This document shows positions 8,476 through 16,463 of a DNA stretch of 64,000 nucleotides, in pieces. A model generated the notes under the pieces. It was not told where the DNA came from, ran no database searches, and saw nothing but the letters and a program-made list of their open reading frames with translations. Each line of letters begins with the position of its first letter. Position 1 is the stretch's first letter. Made by a program: the position numbers and the translations under genes. Source of the DNA: Acidobacteriota bacterium (GTDB lineage Bacteria > Acidobacteriota > Blastocatellia > Pyrinomonadales > Pyrinomonadaceae); assembly GCA_016716435.1 (NCBI GenBank), contig JADJWI010000004.1, positions 37,045-101,044 on the forward strand, given 5' to 3'.

Positions 8476-10332
8476 TCACGCGGCCGCGTTTCTTCCCTGA
8501 TTCTTCGGCGTTTCTTCCCGAGCTTCGGTTTTGTTCGGCCGCGGCGGCGGACGCTTGCCTGATGAGTAGTCCCGCTTTCGCGGTTCTACGATAGAAACGT
8601 CGATCGCTTCGTAGCTGAAGACCGGTGCCTCGGCGGAATATTCTGCGACGGTCGTCTTCATATACTCGTCGTCGTTGCGATCCGGAAACTCCGGCTTGTA
8701 ATGTGCACCGCGTGATTCGTTCCGGTTCAGGGCACCGAGTGTAATAACCCGGGCAAGCTCGAGCATATTCTTAAGCTGCCGGGCATGTGGCACCGCTTGA
8801 GTCGCCCAAAGGTTTGAGTCGTTGATCGAGATCCGCTTCAGCCTTTCCTGTAGCTCGACCAGCTTTTCGTCCGTGGCCTTGAGTTTGTCGTTATAGCGGA
8901 CGACCGTTACGTTGTCGGTCATCCACTTGCCCATCTCTTCGTGAAGTTTGTATTGATTTTCGCCGCCTTCGCTCTTGATTATCGAGTCGTTGATCTCCTG
9001 CTGACGCTTCAGTTCCGCATCGTAGATACCATTCGTTTCGGTCTCGCCACGCTCGACGTTCTTGGCGTATTCCATCGCCGCCGGAGCCGCTACAAAACCG
9101 CCGTAAACGCACGAAAGAAGCGAGTTTGCCCCGAGCCGGTTGGCACCGTGAATGGAGTAATCGCACTCGCCCGCGGCTAGCAGCCCGGGCACGTTCGTCC
9201 GCTGTTCGAAATCCACCCAAAGGCCGCCCATCGAGTAGTGAACGCCCGGGAAAATTCGCATCGGAACATATCGCGGGTCGTCGCCGACGAACATCTCATA
9301 GATCTCAAGGATCGCCCCGAGCTTCCGCGTCAGCGTTTCGGCCGGCACGTGCGTCAGGTCGAGAAATACCTGATTCTCACCGCCGACGCCGAATCCATCC
9401 AGGCAGACCTGAAAGATCTCGCGGGTCGCAATATCGCGGGGCACAAGGTTCCCGTAGGCCGGATATTTTTCTTCGAGGAAGTACCAGCGTTCGCCCGTCG
9501 GAATGTCTTGCGGCTTCCGCTTGTCGCCCGGATCACGCGGCACCCAAACTCGCCCGCCCTCACCGCGAGCAGATTCGCTCATCAGCCGCAGCTTGTCCTC
9601 GCCGGGTATCGATGTCGGGTGAACCTGAATGAACTCGCCATTCGCATATCGCGCACCTTGCTGATATGCAGCCGAAACGGCCGACCCGGTGCACGTCTGC
9701 GAGTTGGTCGATTTTCCAAAAACTAGTCCCGGCCCGCCTGTCGCCATTATCACCGCGTCGGCCTTAAAAGCCTTTAGTTCAAGCGTTTGCAGGTTCATCG
9801 CGATCAGCCCGCGGCAGACCTGATGGTCGTCCATCACAAGCGAGAGCATCTCCCAGCCCTCAAACTTGCGGACCTTTCCGGTTACCTCAAACTTGCGAAC
9901 CTGTTCATCGAGCGCGTAAAGAAGCTGCTGGCCGGTCGAGGCACCTGCAAACGCCGTTCGGTGGTGAAGCGTACCGCCAAACCGGCGAAAATCGAGCAGG
10001 CCTTCCTTTGTTCGAGAGAACGGCACGCCCATCCGATCAAAGAGGTAAATGATCTCCGGCGCCATGTCGGTCATTCGTTGGACCGGCGGTTGGTTAGCGA
10101 GAAAATCGCCGCCATAGACCGTATCGTCGAGGTGCTTCGCCGGCGAATCACCCTCGCCTTTTGTGTTTACGGCTCCATTGATGCCGCCCTGGGCACATAC
10201 CGAGTGCGACCGTTTGACCGGCACGACCGAGATCAGATCGACCTCGTGCCCGGCTTCCGCGATCTTCAACGCCGCGGCAAGCCCCGCAAGGCCGCCGCCG
10301 ACGATCGCAATCTTTATCCCGTTTGATGACAT
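8476..10332 (-). CDS. sdhA: Succinate dehydrogenase flavoprotein subunit
   Basis: IAIVGGGLAGLAAA dinucleotide fold; RSHSVCAQGGI (covalent-FAD His context); HYSMGGLWVD. The ATG at 10332 (MSSNGIK) is preferred over the ORF-track start at 10365. Confidence 0.93.
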   Translation of the reverse strand: MSSNGIKIAIVGGGLAGLAAALKIAEAGHEVDLISVVPVKRSHSVCAQGGINGAVNTKGEGDSPAKHLDDTVYGGDFLANQPPVQRMTDMAPEIIYLFDRMGVPFSRTKEGLLDFRRFGGTLHHRTAFAGASTGQQLLYALDEQVRKFEVTGKVRKFEGWEMLSLVMDDHQVCRGLIAMNLQTLELKAFKADAVIMATGGPGLVFGKSTNSQTCTGSAVSAAYQQGARYANGEFIQVHPTSIPGEDKLRLMSESARGEGGRVWVPRDPGDKRKPQDIPTGERWYFLEEKYPAYGNLVPRDIATREIFQVCLDGFGVGGENQVFLDLTHVPAETLTRKLGAILEIYEMFVGDDPRYVPMRIFPGVHYSMGGLWVDFEQRTNVPGLLAAGECDYSIHGANRLGANSLLSCVYGGFVAAPAAMEYAKNVERGETETNGIYDAELKRQQEINDSIIKSEGGENQYKLHEEMGKWMTDNVTVVRYNDKLKATDEKLVELQERLKRISINDSNLWATQAVPHARQLKNMLELARVITLGALNRNESRGAHYKPEFPDRNDDEYMKTTVAEYSAEAPVFSYEAIDVSIVEPRKRDYSSGKRPPPRPNKTEAREETPKNQGRNAAA

Positions 10333-10380
10333 ATCTTTATGTTCGCGTCTGAACCGCGGACGCATCGCAAACCAATTTCG

Positions 10381-11097
10381 CTAAACACGTTTCGGAGCCG
10401 ATGAATTTGCCTTTGCAGGCTGCTCGCAGAGTGCTGCCGGAAGCAAACCGCACGGCCTGAGGAACGAAACAGCCGCGTTCGTCCCGACCGCAAACAGCCC
10501 AAATGCCAGTGCCGCACAACCGTAAAGAGCATATCGCTGGGCATTTGTGCCGATCAGAATTCCCCAATCGACCGCAAAGAGCCAAAAGCCATAGGCCAGA
10601 TGCCACGCGGTCGCGGCAACACCGAGAATGTAAATGGCAAGTACCCACGGGATCGCAAGGTCGTTCGCAACAATATCAAACGAGCCAACGGCATTTCCCG
10701 CCACCGCGATGTCCGTTAATCCCGGAACTAAGCCAAATCGATAGTGCAGCAAGTGGAAAACGATGAAAAAGAAAAGAAACACCCCGGTTATCCGCTGGAA
10801 CAGGTAGAACCAGTTTCGGCCGTAGCCGTAGTTCATCACATTCGACCGCGCTTCGGACGAAATAATAATGCCGTAGATCGAGTGAAAGGCAAGCGGAAGA
10901 AATATCCCGAAGATCTCTAGAAACAGCAGAAACGGCAGGTCGTGGATGTCCTGTACGGCCTTTTCAAACACTTTTTCGCCGTTCATCGCCTTCGCGTTCG
11001 TGAACATATGGACAAAAAAGAAAAGCCCGAGCGGCACGATACCCGTCAACTGGTGCAGCTTTCTCAATAGGAAGTTTCTGCTATATGTAACAGCCAT
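10381..11097 (-). CDS. sdhC: Succinate dehydrogenase cytochrome b subunit (single-subunit b558-type anchor)
   Basis: 238-aa polytopic membrane ORF with conserved His residues, directly upstream of sdhA. Confidence 0.8.
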   Translation of the reverse strand: MAVTYSRNFLLRKLHQLTGIVPLGLFFFVHMFTNAKAMNGEKVFEKAVQDIHDLPFLLFLEIFGIFLPLAFHSIYGIIISSEARSNVMNYGYGRNWFYLFQRITGVFLFFFIVFHLLHYRFGLVPGLTDIAVAGNAVGSFDIVANDLAIPWVLAIYILGVAATAWHLAYGFWLFAVDWGILIGTNAQRYALYGCAALAFGLFAVGTNAAVSFLRPCGLLPAALCEQPAKANSSAPKRV

Positions 11098-11273
11098 TTA
11101 GTTCCCCGTTAAATTCTGACGTTAAATTCTTCGACTTCAGAATTTTACGTTCATCTTCGTTTTTCGGCAATTCTCCCGCAACGGATTTAAGAATACAGGC
11201 GAATATAGCTACGATAGTTATAAGCGAAGATGAATTCGCATGAACGGTTAGTTAAGCATTCTTAATCAATACA

Positions 11274-12158
11274 ATGCATATCGAATCATTAAAAATATTC
11301 AGCGACCTGGTCGATCTGCAGAGCTTTTCTTTGGCAGCCGAGCGAAATTTTGTTACGCAGTCTGCCGTCAGCCAGCAGATCAAGGCCCTTGAGGAACGCT
11401 TCGATCGCCAGTTGCTTGAGCGCGTCCGCGGTCGACGTGAAGTAAGGCTTACGGCCGCCGGCGAGGTGTTTTACCGCGAAGCTCGGGTCGTTCTTGACGC
11501 CTATGACCAACTACAGGAGAGCCTTCGCGGCGTTGTCGGCAAGATCGGTGGAACAGTCAAGGTCTCATGCGTTTACAGCGTCGGGCTCCACGAAATGCCG
11601 GACAAGGTCGGCGAATATATGTCGAAATTCCCGGCCGCTCGGATCGATCTCGAGTATTCCCGCACGACCAAAGTGGTCCGCGACGTCCTGAACGGCAACG
11701 CAGAGCTAGGCGTTATCGCGTTTCCTGAGCCTAAACGAGGACTCAAGATCGTTCAAATGCCGGCGAATAAGCTCGTCGTCATTTGCCCGCCGGATCATAA
11801 ATTCGCCAAACGCTCGTCGCTCAAGGCAAAAGACCTGGCCGGCCAGGACTTCGTCCACTTCGAACGCGATACACCGACCCGCAAGGCGATCGATAAGATA
11901 CTGAAAGCAAAGGGTGTTGAGGTCACAAAGGTCGCCGAATTCGACAACATCGAAACAATTAAACGAGCCGTCGAGGTCGGTTTTGGTATCGCGATAATGC
12001 CATTGCCCTCTGTGCTTGATGAACAGCGGCTCGGCACACTCGCTATCGTGGAGCTCCCCGAAAAAGAGTGGGTTCGCCCCGTCGGCGTCCTTTATAGAAC
12101 AGACCGAAGCCTCGGCCTCGCCGCCAAAAAATTCGTACAGATCCTCGAGAATAAATAG
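11274..12158 (+). CDS. LysR-family transcriptional regulator
   Basis: N-terminal HTH FSLAAERNFVTQSAVSQQIKALE plus a LysR substrate-binding-length C-terminus. Divergent from the sdh operon. Confidence 0.85.
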   Translation: MHIESLKIFSDLVDLQSFSLAAERNFVTQSAVSQQIKALEERFDRQLLERVRGRREVRLTAAGEVFYREARVVLDAYDQLQESLRGVVGKIGGTVKVSCVYSVGLHEMPDKVGEYMSKFPAARIDLEYSRTTKVVRDVLNGNAELGVIAFPEPKRGLKIVQMPANKLVVICPPDHKFAKRSSLKAKDLAGQDFVHFERDTPTRKAIDKILKAKGVEVTKVAEFDNIETIKRAVEVGFGIAIMPLPSVLDEQRLGTLAIVELPEKEWVRPVGVLYRTDRSLGLAAKKFVQILENK

Positions 12159-12313
12159 GTTCTGCATCTCTTACATTTCCGCCCGCCGCGTATGCTCTTG
12201 CCGCCCAAAAGTGGCACATACTCGGCGGGCGATCGTTTTGTCTGGTGCAAAACCGGATTTTCGGTGTATCATACGTCCAACCACGAACCGAAGAAAAACA
12301 AGGAACAGCCCGA

Positions 12314-12856
12314 ATGGACTTTCTTACAAGTATCAATCTGATCACGCTCTTCGCGATCATCGGCGGCATTGGGTTCATCTTTTTGCTCGCATCGCTCGTG
12401 CTCGGCGACATTTTTGAGATGTTTGGCGGCGAGGCGGACCTCGGCGGTGAAGGCCCCGATTTCGGCCTTTTTGATAGCCGAGTCATCGCAGTTTTTGTAA
12501 CTGCGTTCGGCGGTTTTGGCACGATCGCCGCATGGTCCGGTTATGGAGCGATAGCGAGTTCAATGGCCGGCCTGCTTGGCGGGCTCATTTTTGGCGGCGT
12601 TGTTTCAGCCTTCGGGCGATTTCTCGTCAGCCAGCAAGCGTCTTCGACCGTCACCGACGACGATCTCATCGGGAGGACCGCTCAAGTTACAGTCGCCATC
12701 AAACCCGGCACGCTTGGGCAGATCACCGCTCGGGTCGGCGACGAACGCGTCGAGCGTCTCGCCCGCGCCAGCGCCGATGCCGAGATCGCGGCGGGCTCGA
12801 TCGTCACCATCAAATCCATCGCCGGCGACTCCGTTATCGTTGTGCCGGAAGGTTAG
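12314..12856 (+). CDS. NfeD-family membrane protein
   Basis: Hydrophobic N-terminal half and an OB-like C-terminus (GRTAQVTVAIKPGTLGQITARVGDE...). Immediately upstream of flotillin. The internal ATG at 12314 is preferred. Confidence 0.75.
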   Translation: MDFLTSINLITLFAIIGGIGFIFLLASLVLGDIFEMFGGEADLGGEGPDFGLFDSRVIAVFVTAFGGFGTIAAWSGYGAIASSMAGLLGGLIFGGVVSAFGRFLVSQQASSTVTDDDLIGRTAQVTVAIKPGTLGQITARVGDERVERLARASADAEIAAGSIVTIKSIAGDSVIVVPEG

Positions 12857-12922
12857 CGTCCGGATCGTCGGATCCGCTTTTTGCCAGATAGAACGAATTG
12901 ACCAGTATTAAGAGGAAGCCCA

Positions 12923-14563
12923 ATGTTTGAAATTTCAAACCTGATAATCCCCATCGTTATTCTTGTAGTCGTTATCGGAATGCTGATCGCGATAATGCTG
13001 ATCAGCCGAAACTACATCAAGGTTTCGCCCAACCAGGCGGCAGTTATTTCGGGCCGCAGCCGAAAGCTCGCAGACGGGACCAAGGTCGGCTATCGCCTCG
13101 TCCGCGGCGGTGCGACGCTCGTTTTCCCGTTCCTTGAAAAGGTTGAATATCTCGATCTCAACGTGATCACCGTGCCGCTCGCGACGACGCGAGCCTATAC
13201 GGTGCAGGGCGTTCCCGTTTCGGTCAAGGCCGTCGCCAACGTCAAGATCAAGGGCGACGATACTTCTCTCCGTTCCGCCGCCGAGCGCTTTCTCGGCATG
13301 CCGCAGGAACAGTTTCACCGGCTTGTCTTCCAAACGCTCGAGGGCCACCTTCGTGCAATTCTCGGCACGCTGACGGTCGAAGAGATCAACAATGACCGCC
13401 AAAGTTTCGCGATGAAGCTTACGACCGAAGCTGCGGGCGACCTTGAGAAAATGGGAATCGGGCTCGACGCCCTGACGATTCAGGAGATCTCGGACGAAGA
13501 AGGCTACCTCGACGCTCTCGGTAAACGGCGAACGGCCGAAGTAAAACGCGACGCCGAGATCGGCCAGGCCGAAGCCAATCGCGATTCAAAGATAAAGGCT
13601 TCGCTCGCGTTACAGGAAGGCGAGAAGGTCCGCCTCGAGACAGAAGCATTGATCGCCCAATCGAACCGCGAAACCGAGATCCAGAAAGCCCAGGTCCAAG
13701 CCGAGATCGAAGCCGAACGAGCAAAGGCAAATCAGGCCGGCCCGCTTGCCGATGCACAGGCCCAGCAGAAGGTCACCGCGGAAGAGGTCCGCATCGAACG
13801 CATCCGCACGCAGGAGCAGATCTCGGTTCAGGAACAAGAGGTTCTCCGTAAGGAAAAGGAACTCGAAGCAACGGTCGTCAAACAGGCCGAAGCCGACCGA
13901 CGGGCCGCCGTTCTTCGTGCGCAAGGCTTGCAGGAATCAGCCATTCTCGAGGCCGAAGGCCGCAAACAGGCACAGATCGCGATCGCCGAAGCTGACGCTC
14001 AAACCCTTGAACGCGAGGGCCAGGGCCGAGCCGCTGCCGTTGCCGCCGAGGGAAAGGCGGAGGCCGAGAAGATCCGTGCCGTCGGTCTCGCAGAGGCAGA
14101 AAAGCTTGAGGCGAAAGGTCTTGCAGAGGCGAAAGCGATCGAAGCCCAAGGCCTCGCCGAAGCAAAGGCGATCATGGAAAAGGCCGCCGCATGGCGCGAA
14201 TTCAATGATGCCGCCCGCTTGCAGACAATACTCGAAAAACTTCCGTCGATCATCGAATCGTCGGCCCCGGTCTTCCGTGCCGTATCAGAACCGCTCAGTA
14301 ATATCGACAAGGTCGTGATGATCGACCAGGGCGGAAACGGCAACGGCGACGGCCACACAAGCGGCGTCAACCGCTTTGCTCAAACCGGGCCGACCGTCAT
14401 CTTTTCGATGCTCCAGCAACTCCAGGCCCTCGGCCTGAACTGGCCCGAGATTCTCGCCCAACTCGGCATCGACCAGAACGGCGAACCGAAGGAAAAGACG
14501 GTCACACCGGCCGTCAAGCCGCAACCGCAGCCGCCGTCACAGCCACCGACAAACCCTGAATAG
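12923..14563 (+). CDS. Flotillin / SPFH (band 7) family protein
   Basis: N-terminal TM anchor, SPFH core, a long Ala/Glu coiled coil (AEAEKIRAVGLAEAEKLEAKGLAEAKAIEAQGLAEAKA) and a Pro-rich tail. Confidence 0.85.
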   Translation: MFEISNLIIPIVILVVVIGMLIAIMLISRNYIKVSPNQAAVISGRSRKLADGTKVGYRLVRGGATLVFPFLEKVEYLDLNVITVPLATTRAYTVQGVPVSVKAVANVKIKGDDTSLRSAAERFLGMPQEQFHRLVFQTLEGHLRAILGTLTVEEINNDRQSFAMKLTTEAAGDLEKMGIGLDALTIQEISDEEGYLDALGKRRTAEVKRDAEIGQAEANRDSKIKASLALQEGEKVRLETEALIAQSNRETEIQKAQVQAEIEAERAKANQAGPLADAQAQQKVTAEEVRIERIRTQEQISVQEQEVLRKEKELEATVVKQAEADRRAAVLRAQGLQESAILEAEGRKQAQIAIAEADAQTLEREGQGRAAAVAAEGKAEAEKIRAVGLAEAEKLEAKGLAEAKAIEAQGLAEAKAIMEKAAAWREFNDAARLQTILEKLPSIIESSAPVFRAVSEPLSNIDKVVMIDQGGNGNGDGHTSGVNRFAQTGPTVIFSMLQQLQALGLNWPEILAQLGIDQNGEPKEKTVTPAVKPQPQPPSQPPTNPE

Positions 14564-14618
14564 TGATTTTTTCCGGTCGGCGAAGAAACTACCTTTGTGA
14601 ACTTCGTGAATGGCTTAG

Positions 14619-14664
14619 CGCACTTTGTGTTTAGGGTTTCTGAACACAAAGTGCGTTCGCTTTT
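14619..14664 (+). terminator. Intrinsic terminator after flotillin
   Basis: 13-bp perfect stem cgcactttgtgtt (14619-14631) / aacacaaagtgcg (14643-14655), followed by ttcgctttt. Confidence 0.65.
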
Positions 14665-14785
14665 CAAGTTGAGTTAGCTGCCGGCTGTCGCTTCGTTTCG
14701 CATAAAACGAAGCCGAGGAACGCCCGGTCATCAGCTTCGTCCGATTGACTTGCCCGCTCCTGAAATCCGATAATTACGCCGACTT

Positions 14786-15430
14786 ATGAGATCGCAAATT
14801 TTCCTTCTAGCTCTTTTTGCACTGTCTCTTTCGGGCTGCGGCGGGATGAACGTCGCCGAGAACCGGGCTCCGGCTCCAGCAAATTCCGCGGCAAATACCG
14901 CACCCGCAGCATCCGTCCGCGCCGAACCGCCGGCCGAGGCCGATGGGCTCATGGCACCGAACACGCTCGGTTCAAAGGCCGCCCGCGAGCTCTGCTTTGA
15001 AACGAACACCGGCGACACCGATATCGTCCGCGAGCAGACCTTTGCCATCGAGTTCGAGCCCTTCAAAGGCACTTGCTTCATCACGATGCACAATCCGGAA
15101 TACGACGACCCGCCGCTCGAATCCGAGTTTGCAATCTATCGCGGCAACCGTCGCGTGGCTGAGTTTCCCGAGCAGTTCAACGGCGTTAATTTCGGCTGCT
15201 GGATAGAAGGTGTCGGCTTTCAGGACCTCAACGACGACCAAAAGATCGATGCCGTCATCGTCGCCAAGTGCTCCGGTAAATCCGGCGAGTATTACGAAAA
15301 CATGGTCTATGCCAATGACGGCCGCGGTTTTACGACTAATCTCGACGCGAACTACAAGCTCGCTGAGTTCAAGACAGTGAAGCAGATCGCTGAATATGCC
15401 CGCGAGCATCGGTCCGCGTTCTTTAAGTAA
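14786..15430 (+). CDS. Hypothetical lipoprotein
   Basis: Signal peptide with lipobox-like LSLSGCGG. No recognisable domain. Confidence 0.55.
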   Translation: MRSQIFLLALFALSLSGCGGMNVAENRAPAPANSAANTAPAASVRAEPPAEADGLMAPNTLGSKAARELCFETNTGDTDIVREQTFAIEFEPFKGTCFITMHNPEYDDPPLESEFAIYRGNRRVAEFPEQFNGVNFGCWIEGVGFQDLNDDQKIDAVIVAKCSGKSGEYYENMVYANDGRGFTTNLDANYKLAEFKTVKQIAEYAREHRSAFFK

Positions 15431-15433
15431 CCG

Positions 15434-16381
15434 ATGCTTCCTCTCGTCATCGTTAATCCAAAATCCGCCGGCGGCTCAACGCGCGAGAAATGGACGGCCA
15501 TCGCCTCCGACCTCCGCGCCCATTTCGGCGCATTTCGTGTCGTGTTCACCAAAGGCCCGGGCGATGCGATCGGCCTCGCCCGTAGCCACTCTGAAGAAGG
15601 TGCCGGCCTGATCATCGCCTGCGGCGGCGACGGCACTATAAACGAGGTCGCGAACGGAATTCTGCTTTCCAAAAAGGACTGCGAACTTGGCATTTTTCCA
15701 TCAGGAACCGGCGGCGACTTCCGCCGGACGATCGGCCTTCCGACCGAGCCGCGTGAGATCGCCCGTGCTCTCCGCGAAGGCGAAACGCGAAAGATCGACG
15801 TCGGCCGCGTTTCATTTATCGATAACAACGGCGAGCCCACCGAGCGCTATTTTCTCAACGAATCGTCGATCGGCCTTGCTCCGTCAATAATCGAACGCGT
15901 CAAGGGTTCTTCTTCGCTTGATTGGCTACCGCTCGATACCGTCCGCGGGCGGGCGAGCTTTGCTCTCTCGACCTTGCAAGAGGTCGTCGGGCTCGCCTCG
16001 ATCGCAGTGCGAGTAAAGATAGACGACGGAGACGAAAAGCGTCTTCAAACCGTAAATCTTTGCATCGCAAATGCCCGCTACTTCGGCGGCGGAATGATGA
16101 TCGCTCCCGACGCAAAACTCGCGGACGGCCTACTGGATGTCGTTAATGTCGGCGACATCAATACCGCAAAGATCATCCTCAATGCCTACACGCTCTATAT
16201 GGGCTCGCACCTCGAGCTTCCTGAGGTCAAAAGCAAGCTCGCCCGCCGCATCGAGGTCCTTCCGGAACCGCATGAGGCCCTCACGCTGATCTCCATTGAT
16301 GGCGAACTCCCCGGCCGCCTTCCCGCAACGTTTGAGGTCGTGCCCTCGGCCCTTTCACTCCGCGTACCGAAACACCGGTAG
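15434..16381 (+). CDS. Diacylglycerol-kinase-family lipid kinase (YegS/BmrU-like)
   Basis: ACGGDGTINEV catalytic-domain motif; ~315 aa, a typical length for the family. Confidence 0.85.
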   Translation: MLPLVIVNPKSAGGSTREKWTAIASDLRAHFGAFRVVFTKGPGDAIGLARSHSEEGAGLIIACGGDGTINEVANGILLSKKDCELGIFPSGTGGDFRRTIGLPTEPREIARALREGETRKIDVGRVSFIDNNGEPTERYFLNESSIGLAPSIIERVKGSSSLDWLPLDTVRGRASFALSTLQEVVGLASIAVRVKIDDGDEKRLQTVNLCIANARYFGGGMMIAPDAKLADGLLDVVNVGDINTAKIILNAYTLYMGSHLELPEVKSKLARRIEVLPEPHEALTLISIDGELPGRLPATFEVVPSALSLRVPKHR

Positions 16382-16463
16382 CGGCCCGTTCCGAAGATTG
16401 CCAAAATCGAGTTTCCTGCTATCCTTACTCAAAGTCGCTTAATACTCTGTTTACACGCTATTT

